From Eledone cirrhosa (Eukaryota), in the NCBI GenBank assembly GCA_964016885.1, contig OZ024742.1:13020001-13084000 (forward strand): 64,000 nucleotides of DNA, written 5' to 3'. The position numbers and the translations under genes were made by a program. Every line of letters begins with the position of its first letter. Position 1 is the stretch's first letter. Below, in pieces: positions 1-15,052 of the stretch. Below the pieces are notes generated by a model, which made no database searches, was not told the DNA's origin, and saw only the letters and a program-made list of their open reading frames with translations.

Positions 1-42
1 ACACATTTCTACTAAAGATCCCTCTACCACGAATTACTCTGC

Positions 43-85
<43 letters not shown>

Positions 86-421
86 AATAGGCATTTGAAC
101 TGTCAACAGGCTGCGGTTCGCACACACATCCCTGCTAACCTTATCACAACAACTAACACTTTACTACTACTACACACACACACACACATATTTGTTGTGA
201 AAGAGTCATTTCTCAGTCTTGGCGCAAAATCAATTTTTTACATTCACATGACCTCTACCGACCAATCAAAATTGTTTTGACCACAAGAATTTTTGCAACA
301 CGTATTGGCGCAAAAACCAATTTTAATAGCGCTGGAGTCACTTTTTTAACATAAAAACAGGTAGAATTCCCAAAACTAATCAGATCAGAGCAAACATCAC
401 GGACGCTCTATCTCAAAATTA

Positions 422-457
422 TTTTTGAAAAGCATTAGAAATGCGCAACCGGTAAAA
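422..457 (+). ncRNA. Degenerate minimal hammerhead ribozyme (U3-A8 core type; GAAA mutated to GCAA) in a PLE pLTR remnant
   Basis: ttt-TTGAAAA-GCATtagaaATGC-GCAA-CCGG-TA-aaa; same architecture as the intact motif at 7146-7181. Confidence 0.45.
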
Positions 458-639
458 CTTAAAACCAAAACTGAATACTAACCAATACAATTACTAATTC
501 TCATTTATTCCTAATTAAACTATTTTTCACTGTGAACAATTTGTCAGCATTTTCTATTCCGTTTACCAATATATATATATATATATATATACATATATAT
601 ATGTGCACACATATATGTATGCGTACACGCACGCATATT

Positions 640-1552
640 TATACGCCCGTATATGTAAAAATACTTACACACAGACACACACACTTGCGTTGGTCCGGGA
701 GGGGAGGTATGTGTTGGCGGTGTTGATGAAGTATGGAGTTGTGTTTTGTGGTGGTGGTGGTGGAGTTGTAAGCGACAAAAATATACAGGATGGAATAGTG
801 CGATGGGTTACAGGTTAGAAGGTGACATAGGGAACGCGGGGAGAAGAGTTTATGGATGTATGGCGATGTGTGTTGTGGTCATGGTGGTGGTTTTGGTGCT
901 GGGGTGATATGTTCGACAAAATGATTACATGACCAGAAGTTACGGTGTGTCACAAACGCCACTACCATAAACAACAACACCACAACCACACCCCACACAC
1001 GACAACCCGTCTACCGAAAACCCACTAACCTCATACCACAGCCCATCCCAGAAAGCGACCATAACCACCATCTTATCATCACATCCACCCCCACATACAC
1101 TACAGGCCAAGGCCAACACGCCACCACCACACCACAGGCCATCTCATCCACCGACCGTCACCAACATCTCACCATCACACCCACCCTCATATACACCACA
1201 GGCCAGTACATCCACTTGATCCTTCCCACCAATCAAAACAACCCATTTTGTCAAACTCTTGAAACTCTGACTTTACCACAAGTATTTCATTTTCTTATAG
1301 CATTTTAAAAGGGTCCGTCGAGCCGCCGATTATTGAGTCGGGTAGGATCGATACAGATCGAACCTTGAGCTGATTAGTGGCGAAACGCGCGTCACCTATC
1401 AATAAATGCAATGAAGGAGTAATCAATCGTCCTTGTTATCCTTTCAATATATTACACTCTGTATAGCTCTACACCTCATCACAGAAGTGAACCTAAACAT
1501 CGAGTGCTCTCCCGGGTGAACCTGCAGTAACTCCAAGTTACACCTCCCTCCT

Positions 1553-1555
<3 letters not shown>
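640..1555 (+). mobile_element. PLE-like terminal repeat (family A, copy 1), ending in (TA)n
   Basis: ~950-1555 closely matches ~12300-12905; HHR-like fold followed by AATAAA; GT-rich partially inverted 5' part. Confidence 0.6.
1311..1397 (+). ncRNA. Candidate variant hammerhead (core CCGUCGA, long stem II, palindromic CGCGCG stem III)
   Basis: gggt-CCGTCGA-GCCGC...GTGGC-GAAA-CGCGCG-TC-acct; same core and stem I aggt/acct in the copy at 12666-12752. Confidence 0.55.
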
Positions 1556-1629
<74 letters not shown>

Positions 1630-1634
<5 letters not shown>

Positions 1635-2420
1635 ATACTTTGGGAGGGTCATGTTGCCAATAAGAAACACACGCACCAGTTGCTTTCACTTCAATTTATT
1701 ATAAATTAAATTTATAAATTAAGGAATTTATAAATTTCCGGTTGGTTGGTTGGTTCCACAACCAGACGATTGTTCATATATTGTCAAATTCTTTCGTCAC
1801 ACATTCTCTGACCTCTTCAGTGACTGGGGATTCTTTTCTTTATTTTTGTGCCTCTCCTTTGTTCTGTCCTACGCCATCTTGTTTTTGTGTGTTGTGTGCT
1901 TAGTTTGCAACTCCAACAAAAATTAAATAGAAAACATGAATGGAACAGCAACATCACAACTTACAATTAAGGACAAAATGAAAACACACACACACATAGA
2001 ACAAACAACCAACCAGTAACATGTAAATAAACAAATAAATAAATATAAACACATACAGACACCCGGATGTAACACATGCGCAAGCTAAGCACACAACATA
2101 CACAAAAACAAGATGGCGTAGGACAGAACAAAGGAGAGGCACAAAAACAAAGAAAAGAATCCCCAGTCACTGAAGAGGTCACAGAATGTGTGATGAAAGA
2201 ACTTTGACAATATATAAACAATCATCTGGTTGTGGAACCAACCAACCATCCGGAAATTTATAAATTCCTAAATTTATAAATTTATTATAATAAATTGAAG
2301 TGAAAGCAACTGGTGCGTGTGTTTCTTATTGGCAACATGACCCTCCCAAAGTATAACAATATCGGTTTCAACACACGTTTTCAGATAAAGAATCTTGCTA
2401 AACAAATTCAGAAACGAAAT
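1630..2420 (+). mobile_element. PLE pLTR fold-back module (family B)
   Basis: Arms ~1630-1910 and ~2085-2360 are inverted copies; right arm extends to ~2420; (TA)n flanks; HHR in both arms. Confidence 0.7.
2166..2208 (+). ncRNA. Minimal type I hammerhead ribozyme (inverted copy at 1783-1824, minus)
   Basis: gtca-CTGAAGA-gGTCACAgaatgTGTGAT-GAAA-GAAC-TT-tgac. Confidence 0.7.
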
Positions 2421-2496
2421 ATACATATATAAATATATATATATATATATATTTGTTTTGCGAGGTTTTTGATATGAAATCGTTTGTCGAAACAAA

Positions 2497-2827
2497 AATT
2501 GTTATACTTGGGGAGGGTCATATTGTTGTGATACTATTGCCAGAAATAATAACAGAACACGCTCAGTGTTTGGTAGGTTTTCAAAGACACAGATATAAAT
2601 ATATATATATATATAGTCTATAAAGTTCTTTCGTTGCACATCTGCAACATCATCAGTGGTACTATTATCATGTTTCCCCATAATGTATTGTATTGTAATG
2701 TCTACGCCATTTTTATTTTATTTAATAAATAGATAAAATAAAAATGGCGTAGACATTACAATACAATACAATACAATACAATTATTATTTCTGGGAACAG
2801 TATTACATCAATATGACCCTCCCCATG

Positions 2828-2832
<5 letters not shown>
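2497..2832 (-). mobile_element. PLE fold-back related to family B, with HHR-like core at ~2617-2660 (minus)
   Basis: Shares tgttatactt(t/g)gggagggtcat end and ctacgccat with 1630-1880; minus strand CTGATGA-tGTTGCAgatgTGCAAC-GAAA-GAACTT; stem I poor; inverted arms around ~2730. Confidence 0.55.
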
Positions 2833-2882
<50 letters not shown>

Positions 2883-2926
2883 AACCAGAAAAGTTCCAGG
2901 ACTGGTTCCTTACCACATTTCCTTCG

Positions 2927-3874
<948 letters not shown>

Positions 3875-3919
3875 TATACATACATATATATATATATATA
3901 TATACATACATACATATAT

Positions 3920-3997
<78 letters not shown>

Positions 3998-4193
3998 TAA
4001 CGAAGGAAATGTGGTAAGGAACCAGGTGGACCATAACGCACCAAAGTACTCAATACTTGAGGTAGTAGAGTGTGTAATAGGAACCAGTAAGACCCCGACA
4101 GCTGAGCTCAAGCCGTCTCGACGGCTAATTCTGGTCCAGAATTAGCCGTCGAAACGGCTTGAGCTCAGCTGTCGGGGTCTTACTGGTTCCTAT

Positions 4194-4194
<1 letters not shown>
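3998..4194 (-). mobile_element. Short PLE-like fold-back (family C) retaining only the 3' half of an HHR
   Basis: Near-perfect inverted arms 4076-4133 and 4136-4194; right arm GAAA-CGGCT-tgagctc-AGCTG-TC; (TA)n flanks. Confidence 0.55.
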
Positions 4195-4249
<55 letters not shown>

Positions 4250-4271
4250 TATATGTATATATATATATACA

Positions 4272-4550
4272 TATAAGTTTTGAAGTTTCCATTGAAAATT
4301 GAAAAAGTCATAGGAGTGAAGAGTACTCTATGTAAGTTACAGAGCTAAATTTAATGTATAATAAACAATACAATATAATTACCTCATTACCAGAGGTTTC
4401 CCGAATAAGACGAATACAAGAAACATCCTCATTCGTTCATCGGACAAGGCAATTGTCCGATGAACGAATGAGGATGTTTCTTGTATTCGTCTTATTCGGG
4501 AAACCTCTGGTAATGAGGTAATTATATTGTATTGTTTATTATACATTATA
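4272..4550 (-). mobile_element. PLE fold-back (family D)
   Basis: Inverted arms ~4352-4447 and 4453-4548; left arm extends to ~4272; (TA)n flanks. Confidence 0.65.
4453..4516 (+). ncRNA. Hammerhead candidate with CCGAUGA core (mirrored on minus strand in the left arm)
   Basis: ttgt-CCGATGA-aCGAATGAGG...TCTTATTCGg-GAAA-CCtctGG-TA-atga. Confidence 0.55.
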
Positions 4551-4850
4551 TATACATATATATATATATACATATACATTCACGAAAGAAATAGAGACAG
4601 TGGTATTGTAAACAGTGTAAATATGTATTAGTTATGGAAGGTAAGGATATGAAGAGGAATACATCTGGTAATGAAAAGTGATTGATTTGTGTTGAAAAGG
4701 TGTTAAAGAAATAACAAAGCTACTGCACATAATTATGTCCCAATATAATCATTCCTGTTAACTAGATAATATATTGTCTTCACACATCTTTACTGTCAAG
4801 ACGCCTGCTACTCTACATTCATATATATATATAGGAATATATATATATAC

Positions 4851-4905
<55 letters not shown>

Positions 4906-5010
4906 AATATATATATACATATATATATATATAAGTATATACATATATATACATATATATATGTATATACATATATATATATATGTATATACATATATAT
5001 ATATATAGGA

Positions 5011-5041
<31 letters not shown>

Positions 5042-5093
5042 AGTATATACATATATATACATATATATATGTATATACATATATATATATATG

Positions 5094-5199
<106 letters not shown>

Positions 5200-5251
5200 A
5201 ATATAAATGAAAAGTATAGAAAATATTGTAGCAAAAAGCCAACAGTATTTC

Positions 5252-5302
<51 letters not shown>

Positions 5303-5328
5303 TATATTATATATAAATATACATATAC

Positions 5329-5445
<117 letters not shown>

Positions 5446-5543
5446 GTATATATATATATATACATTATATATACATACATATATCTGCTTCCTTCTCTCT
5501 CTCTCTTTCTCTCTCTATAGATATAGATATTTGTGTATATATT

Positions 5544-5611
<68 letters not shown>

Positions 5612-5692
5612 CAGTTTGGTGATGGGGGTTGTTATGGAGATTGTGGGATGAGGACGAGGTTCTAATTTACTGAACAATTCCGTTTTACAATC

Positions 5693-6160
5693 TACGAGGG
5701 AAAGTTAAACATTATCCGCAGTTTCTCCATAAAATATATTTAGGTTTGTCACACTACCGTTGCTCATGTGTGCTTATATTTGGGACTAATGTGGACACGT
5801 GGTCGAAGTTTGAGCTTCATCACCCAGTTTCCTTGTTTTTGTTACAGTGTAAACATGGCCGCTCTACTGGCAGTGTGTACCGAAGTGGAACAGAAACCAG
5901 TGATCCGATTTCTCTGGTCAGAAGGTGTGTCGGCCTGAAATCAGAGGCTTTTAACACAATGTAGTGACTGTGAACTACTACGTAGAAGTGTGTATGAATG
6001 GATAGAACATTTTTAAAGTGACCGGACAAACGTGAAATCCGAAGAAGGAGCAGCGCACCCGTCAACCTCGACCACTGACCAGAAGATTCGACAAGCTGGA
6101 GAGATGGTGAACCGGCGAGTTATCATCGATGAGGTAGTATGTTCTCTACAGATTAGTCTT
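5693..6160 (+). mobile_element. Degenerate mariner 5' fragment
   Basis: TACGAGGG TIR start; reading MAALLAVCTEVEQKPVIRFLWSEGV...VYEWIEHF...HPSTSTT...NRRVIIDEV with stops and frameshifts. Confidence 0.8.
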
Positions 6161-6281
6161 TTTAACTTCAGTCGTTCTCTAAATACTTCAGTGTGACATA
6201 GATTTAGTACCTTCTTCTTTACACCCACTCGTGTGAAGATTAACATGATACACATAAAGTGTTTCTACTTTTGGCAGAAGG

Positions 6282-6493
6282 CCAGCAATTCTATCAGTGT
6301 ATTACTGGTATTTTATTTTATCGACCCCGTAAGGATGAAAGGCAAAGTTAACCTCAGCGGAATTTGAACTCAGACTATAAAGGGCCGTAACTCCTTGTTG
6401 CAAAGCATGGCATCAGACACTCTACCGATACTACCAATCCACCGCCCTAGCATGGTATCAGACCCTCTACCGATACTGCCGATCCACCACCCT
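6282..6493 (-). mobile_element. tRNA-derived SINE (cephalopod type) with a 45-bp tandem duplication of its head
   Basis: Minus strand B-box-like GAGTTCAAATTCC; body ttttatcgaccccg-aaggatgaaaggcaaagt resembles octopus SINEs (from memory); 6404-6448 repeated at 6449-6493. Confidence 0.75.
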
Positions 6494-6745
6494 ATGATAT
6501 ACATAAATAAGAGACAGACACCCTCGCATTAACATCTGTTCATATGAGTTCACCTGAGACCAAAGTCACTGAAACTTAGACAAAACAAGACAGTTCGTTT
6601 ATTTTCTTCATCAAAATTATACAAAGAACAAAAACAACAGCCTCTCTTCGCTATTTATTTATTTGTGTGTATGTGTACGTTTGTGCGTATACATATATAT
6701 ATATATATATATATGGCGAAATTAATTACATGTAGGAACACATAC

Positions 6746-6843
<98 letters not shown>

Positions 6844-6844
6844 T

Positions 6845-6894
<50 letters not shown>

Positions 6895-6899
<5 letters not shown>

Positions 6900-7255
6900 A
6901 GAAAGTGAGGGTTTTTTTACGAAATGAAAAATAACCGAGGTGTCCTACACGAGTGAAGGTATAAAGAAAAAAAGATGAAATCGAAAATGCAACTGGAGTC
7001 TTATTTTTTTTAAAATATATATATATTTATTTGGTTCCTTTACCGGTTACGCAGTTCTTCTGCTTTTCAAAAGTAGAGTTGAGGTGGAGGGTCTGTGGTT
7101 TTTCTCCCATGTGAGGAAAACCACAGACCCTCCATCTCAACTCTACTTTTGAAAAGCAGAAGAACTGCGAAACCGGTAAAGGAACCAAATAAATATATAT
7201 TTTTTTTTTAAATAAGACTCCAGTTACATTTTCGATTTCATCTTTTTTTCTTTAT
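6895..7255 (-). mobile_element. PLE fold-back (family E), nested in another short inverted pair (6720-6742 / 7271-7292)
   Basis: Inverted arms ~6960-7102 and ~7115-7255; (TA)n flanks. Confidence 0.7.
7146..7181 (+). ncRNA. Minimal hammerhead with U3-A8 covariant core
   Basis: ctt-TTGAAAA-GCAGaagaaCTGC-GAAA-CCGG-TA-aag, then AATAAA; the left-arm copy has GTAA instead of GAAA. Confidence 0.65.
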
Positions 7256-7668
7256 ATATATATATAAGTATGTGTTCCTACATGTAATTAATACACACAG
7301 GGATACAAGTATAGTCGGACCGTATGCCAGTGTGGTTCAATGACAAGTTAATAAATTAACAAGCCAGAACATATAAAATAAAGGGAAAGCAAATAAAGAA
7401 AAAATTTCAAAATAAATTTTAAAATATTCACTGTACTTACTATATGATATTTGTGGGCGAGATTACGCTCCAGCAATGCAGTGCGAATATTTTTCTTAGC
7501 TGAACTTTCTGCTTTGCTAAATGGATGATATAGGAATGCAAGATTCTGTCAAGTACAAAATATGTCAATGTCTCAAAGTCTGCAAAAGAAAACTGTAAAA
7601 ATTCAGGTCCTCCAGTGATTCTGTAGACCAAAATATTGACACATATTTTATATATACATGCATATACG

Positions 7669-7755
<87 letters not shown>

Positions 7756-7805
7756 CAAGAACCTTGCAAGACGAATACAAAAACGAACTATATATATAGA
7801 TATAC

Positions 7806-7838
<33 letters not shown>

Positions 7839-7965
7839 CATAAATATATACATACATATATAAACAGATACACATACATCTACAATGATAGTGGACGCGA
7901 ATTATTTGACACATGCTTCTCAAAACTGTGTAAAATGAAACCAGTATAAAATTAAAAAGTACAAC

Positions 7966-8978
<1,013 letters not shown>

Positions 8979-9054
8979 TTAGAATAAATCGTTTTCTAAT
9001 ACGAAAACAGATAAAAGTAGGTGAAGAAGTTTTTACAACTCAAAATATTTTGGG

Positions 9055-9087
<33 letters not shown>

Positions 9088-9829
9088 GGAAAAATTTGAA
9101 CAGGAACAAAACAGAGAGGCAGTACAACGAATGTTTATTAATTTCACGCTCTGGAGAGTGGGGTGGTGGTGAGGAACGACGTTTCGGGCATAAGCCCTTC
9201 CTCGGGTGAGAAGTGTGTGGGAACAGAGTTCAAAGGGTGTGTAGGGGAGTGGTGGAGAGACATATAGCGAAAGGAAACGGTGCGAATGAAATTAAAAATA
9301 AAAGTAAAAATAAAGCATGATCAAAATACAAGGAATGAAATAAAATTAAATATAAAAGCATGATCAAAATAAACTGAAATTAAAAAGGGGTAAAACAGGT
9401 GGTGGAAGGGTGTGGGGTGTGTAGGGGTGGTGGCGGTGGAGTGGGGAGAGGGAGACGGCGTGTCCGAGCGGGGAGGGCTGAAGGTGGTGTGTGTGTGTAG
9501 GTGTACGTGTGTGTGTGTGTGTATGTGAAAGTAAGGGTTGGGGGAAGAACGGGGTTGGATGTTCAGGAAGAGGTATGTGTGTGGAGGGGTTGTAGGTCGG
9601 AGTGTCTGTGCGTGTGTGGATAGAGGGGTGGGGGGAGAGGAATCAGGAGGCTGAGGGTGTAAATATGTGGTGGAAAGCACGTGTGTGTGTGGGGTTTAAG
9701 CGTGTTGTGGGTGTAGGTGGCGTGTGGAAGAAAAACATTTTTTGGGTGTGTGTGTGGGTGAGTTATATAGGTGATTCCGTAAGAGGATGGTTGAAATGTT
9801 GGTAAGTTCCTATGATGTTTATATATATA

Positions 9830-10399
<570 letters not shown>

Positions 10400-10409
10400 G
10401 TATGTGTAT

Positions 10410-10950
10410 GTTTTTAATTATAAAATGTAAGTTGTAAAAGTACAGTCTATTTGATGTGTTACAACTTGAGAACCGTTAGCAGACGACACAAAACATATCA
10501 ACACAACTTGTTGCTATGTCTCGATGAAAGAGCTTCTCAAACGAAGCACAACATATATGTGTGTAACTGGGTGGGTATGTGAGTGTGTCTGTGTCTGTGT
10601 GTGTGTCTGTGTGTGGGTGGGTATGTGAGTGTGTCTGTGTGTGTCTGTGTGTGGGTGGTTATGTGAGTGTGTCTGTTTCTGTGTGTGTGTCTGTGTGTGG
10701 GTGGGTATGTGAGTGTGTCTGTGTGTGTGTATGTGTGTGTGTCTGTGTGTGTGTGTCTATGTGTGTGGCTGTATGTTTGTATCTGTGTGTGGGTGTTTGT
10801 ATCTGTTGGTGTGTCTGTATGTGTGGGTGTGTCTGTGTGTATGTGTGTTTGTCTGTGTGGGTGTGTCTGTGTGGGTGTGTGTCTGAATGTGTGGGTGTGT
10901 CTGTGTGTATGTGTATCTGTGTGTGTGGCTGTATGTTTTTATCTGTATGT
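10410..10950 (+). mobile_element. Internal fragment of the repeat at 32810-33458 (putative non-autonomous Helitron)
   Basis: Follows a (GA)n tract, then gtaagttgtaaaagtacagtctatttga...gtgggtatgtgagtgtgtct, shared with 32810-33200. Confidence 0.55.
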
Positions 10951-10992
10951 GTGTGGGCGTTGTCTACAGCAGACGAATTGAATACACACAGA

Positions 10993-11029
<37 letters not shown>

Positions 11030-11655
11030 ACACACACAGACACATACACAGAGACACACACACAGAGACACACACACAGAGACACACACACAGAGACACA
11101 CACACACACACAGACACACACACAGACAAGCACACAGACACACACACAGACACACACACAGACACACACACAGACACAAACACAGACACACACACAGAGA
11201 CACACACACAGAGACACACAGACACGCACAGACACTCCGACCCCCCCCCCCCACACACACACACACACACCTCTTCCTGAACATGCAACCCCGTTCTTCC
11301 CCCAACCCTTACTTTCACATACACACACACACACACACACACGTACACCTACACACACACACACCACCTTCAGCCCTCCCCGCTCGGACACCCCGTCTCC
11401 CTCTCCCCACTCCACCCGCCACCACCCCTACACACCCCACACCCTTCCATCACCTGTTTTACCCCCCTTTTAATTTCAGTTTATTTTGATCATGCTTTTA
11501 TATTTGAATTTATTTCATTCCTTGTATTTTGATCATGCTTTATTTTTATTTTTATCTTTATTTTTTTAATTTTTCATTCGCACCGTTTCCTTTCGCTATA
11601 TGTCTCTCCACCACTCCCCTACACACCCTTTGAACTCTGTTCCCACACACTTCTC

Positions 11656-11687
11656 ACCCGAGGAAGGGCTTATGCCCGAAACGTCGT
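11656..11687 (+). ncRNA. Minimal hammerhead-like motif with CCGAGGA core (minus copy 9176-9207)
   Basis: ac-CCGAGGA-aGGGCttatGCCC-GAAA-CG-TC-gt; stem I only 2 bp. Confidence 0.55.
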
Positions 11688-11777
11688 CCCCCACCAACAC
11701 CCCACTCTCCAGAGCGTGAAATTAATAAACATTCGTTGTACTGCCTCTCTGTTTTGTCCCTGTTCAAATGTTTCCAT

Positions 11778-11808
<31 letters not shown>

Positions 11809-11829
11809 ATATATATATGTATGTGTGTA

Positions 11830-12902
11830 TATATATGTATGTGTATATATGTGCGTGAGTATACGTGTGTGCGAGTGAGTATGTGTATATTTTGTATACG
11901 TGAGTGTGAGTCCAGGTGCCCATACCCATATGTATGTATGGGTATATGTATGTGGACGTATGTATGTAAAACACCTTCTACATTGCCTCTCACCTTCCCC
12001 CATATCCGTCGTTCGCCACCCCAACGATACTCCCCCACTCTCCATATTCGTGCCCGCACGCGCACATGCACATACATGTGTGTACATATACATATGGCCG
12101 TGTGTGAGCGTGTGTCGATATGTGTGGGCAGGGATGTGTGTATGTGTTGTGTGGTGGGTGTGTTTATACAACAATATGTGTGCACATATATACCTATATG
12201 TGTGTGCGTATAAGTATACACAAAGCATCTGCCAGGCGATGAGCGACTAGCTATGTATCTAGGTAATGACCTTGACGCCACCAACACATCCGCCACACCA
12301 CCACAAACGCCACTACCATAGATAGCGGCACCAATACCCCCCACACACACGCCAACCCGTCTACTGACAATCCACTAACCTCATACCACAGCCCATCCCA
12401 CTAAGCAACCATAACCACCACCAATCATGACATCAACACCCACACATACTTACACGCCAAGGCCAATCAACCACCACCAGACCACAGCCCATCTCATCCA
12501 CCCATCGTCGCCAACATCTCACCATCACACCCACCCCCATATACACTACAGGCCAGTACATCGCCTTGACCCTTCCCACCAATCAAAACAACTCATTTTC
12601 TCAAACTCTTGAATATCTGACTTTATCACATAGCATGTATTTCATTTTCTTATAGCATTTTGGGAAGGTCCGTCGAGCTGCGGATTATTGAGTCGGGTAG
12701 GATCGATATAGATCGAACCTTGAGCTGATTAGTGGCGAAACGCGCGTCACCTATCAATAAATGCAATGAAGGAATAATAAATCGTCCTTTTATCCTTTTA
12801 ATATATTACACTCTGTATAGCTCTACACATCATCACAGAAGTGAACCTAAACATCGAGTGCTCACCCGGGTGAACCTGCAGTAACTCCTAGTTACACCCC
12901 CT

Positions 12903-12905
<3 letters not shown>
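11830..12905 (+). mobile_element. PLE-like terminal repeat (family A, copy 2) with variant HHR at 12666-12752
   Basis: High similarity to 950-1555; aggt-CCGTCGA-GCTGC...GTGGC-GAAA-CGCGCG-TC-acct. Confidence 0.6.
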
Positions 12906-12941
<36 letters not shown>

Positions 12942-12942
<1 letters not shown>

Positions 12943-14600
12943 GTTATTCCGGGTTGAATCGGAGGTAACCACAGTAAGTAAGGTACTCAATACATTGCAG
13001 AATATAAAAGTTTTAATATAGATGAGATTCTACAGGACTAGAACTGTTTCATTCTTTAGAAATCATCAGGAATCTGGGTATCAAAAAATAAGTATGATAT
13101 TTAATGTTACCACCATTACCGATACTGAGCAAGTTGTTATCCTCCACGCTCGTAAGACCTTCCTATACCACGATGGATCTTACTGGATCAACAAGAAATC
13201 TCAGACCCCATTTGACGTTAGCATGGGAGCGAGTGACTCGGCTGAAATTAGCGACCTTGTGGGCCTGTACATCCTACATCACCTGAAGAACCTCTTTACC
13301 GGCCTAACGGGAGGTTTATATCGAGACGACGGCCTCTTCGCCCTGCATAAGGTTAGCCCCAGAACCACCGATGGCTTTCGGAAAAACTTAAGCTCATTCT
13401 TCTCTAATCTAGGATTTAGTATAACTATAGAATCTAATTTGACTAGGGCCAACTTCTTAGATGTCACTCTCGACCTAGATACTTCCCTCTATTACCCGTA
13501 CCACAAACCTAACGAGTCCCTTAAATATATTAATGTTAATTCAAACCACCCCCAAAACATCACTGATAACCTAGTAAAAGGCGTCTCTATGAGAATATCC
13601 GGCCTCTCCGCCAACAAAGATATTTTTAACGCATCTGCCTCCTACTACAATGACGCCCTCGCCCGTAGCGGATTTAAAGAAAAGATAACATACCTAGAAA
13701 CCACCGCAAGATTGCAGAGGAGGAATAGACATAGGCAGATTAGCTGGTACAACCATCCCTTCAATAGAGAGGTCTCTACTCCGATAGCTAGGATTTTCTT
13801 CACTTTGCTGAAATTACACTTCCCCATACAACATAGGTACCACACCATCTTTAATAAGAACACAATAAGACTCTCCTACTCCACCACACCTAACCTAGCT
13901 AGGAATATAGCCAACCACAATTCTAAAAAATTAAATAAACCAACCACCTCCGAACCCAATCCCCGGACTGGGGCTCTGTGTAATTGCCTAAATAAGGAGG
14001 CATGCCCACTTGAAAACAAATGCCTCACAAATGATATCGTATACAAATGCGATGTCATCTCAGGCACCGATGATTGCAAAAAAACTTACATCGGCATGAC
14101 CTCCAACAACTTTAAGACCCGTTGGTATGCCCATACCCACTCCTTCAGAAGTCCGGACAAATCAAACCAGACAACACTCGCCTCCTATGTTTGGGACCTC
14201 AAAAGGAACTCCACCCCTTCATGCTTAAATAGAAAATACTCCAGAAAGCGCGCTCTTACAACGGAGGACACAAGGGCTGCGACCTTTGTATTTCAGAGAG
14301 CTACGAAATTTTATTCGCCAAGGGCCCGCTACTGAACAAACTCTCTGAACACTGCCCGAACTGCATGCACAAGAACTTTGCAACTTTCAAACACTTTAAG
14401 CCAGTGTTAAAGCCCGATGGCTAAAAACGACTTCCTCCTATTGGCCCCTATACCTTCCCACATAACCCCCACCTTTCCTCAACCTGAAATACGGCAACTA
14501 TGGTTATGTGAGTACCTCTTACCTATCTACATTTTCTGCCTGTAGAGGTGTTTTTATGTGCCTGCGTATATGCGTATATTTATTGAGTACATATTTATTT
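12942..14600 (+). mobile_element. 5'-truncated Penelope-like element, Naiad type, with inverted pLTR at its 5' end (12942-~13100)
   Basis: RT and GIY-YIG motifs; inverted pLTR matches 23510-23596 and carries an HHR on minus (13025-13075). Confidence 0.9.
13100..14424 (+). pseudogene. Naiad-type PLE RT (C-terminal half) + GIY-YIG endonuclease; frameshift at ~14215 and TAG in place of a Trp
   Basis: FDVSMGASDSAEISDLVGLY, GLYRDDGL, NFLDVTLDL, CNC..CPLENKC, IVYKC..TYIGMT..FKTRW..H; shifted frame gives KILQKARSY..CDLC..LLNKLSE..C.H. Confidence 0.9.
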
Positions 14601-14741
14601 GTATGTGTATATATTTGTGTGTGTGTGTATGTGTGTATATGTATGTGTATGTATATGTATGTGTATGTATGTGTGTGTGTGCACATGTGCATATGGGTAT
14701 GTGTGTGTATGTGTGCATATATATGTAAATGAATGTGTGTA

Positions 14742-14802
<61 letters not shown>

Positions 14803-15021
14803 ATATATATGTATATATATGTGTGTGTATGTATGTGTATTTTTTTATATATATATATATGTATATATGTGTGTATGTGTATGTGTGTATATGTATGTAT
14901 GTATATGTGTGTGTGTATATATATGTATATGTATATATATATATATGTATGTATGTGTGTGTGTGTGTGTGTGTACATATGTATGTATATATGTGTGTGT
15001 GTGTGTGTGTGTATATATATG

Positions 15022-15052
<31 letters not shown>

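Noticed and set aside
1370-1393. CTGATTA as the hammerhead core
   Set aside because: No stem I is possible; the upstream CCGTCGA register gives proper stems I and II
13022-13100. N-terminus MRFYRTRTV of the 437-aa ORF as the true start
   Set aside because: It is the antisense of the inverted pLTR fused in frame; the RT is 5'-truncated
13970-14424. Selenocysteine recoding, known in some Naiad elements
   Set aside because: The conserved Cys codons are TGT/TGC; the internal stop is TAG at a Trp position; no SECIS recognised
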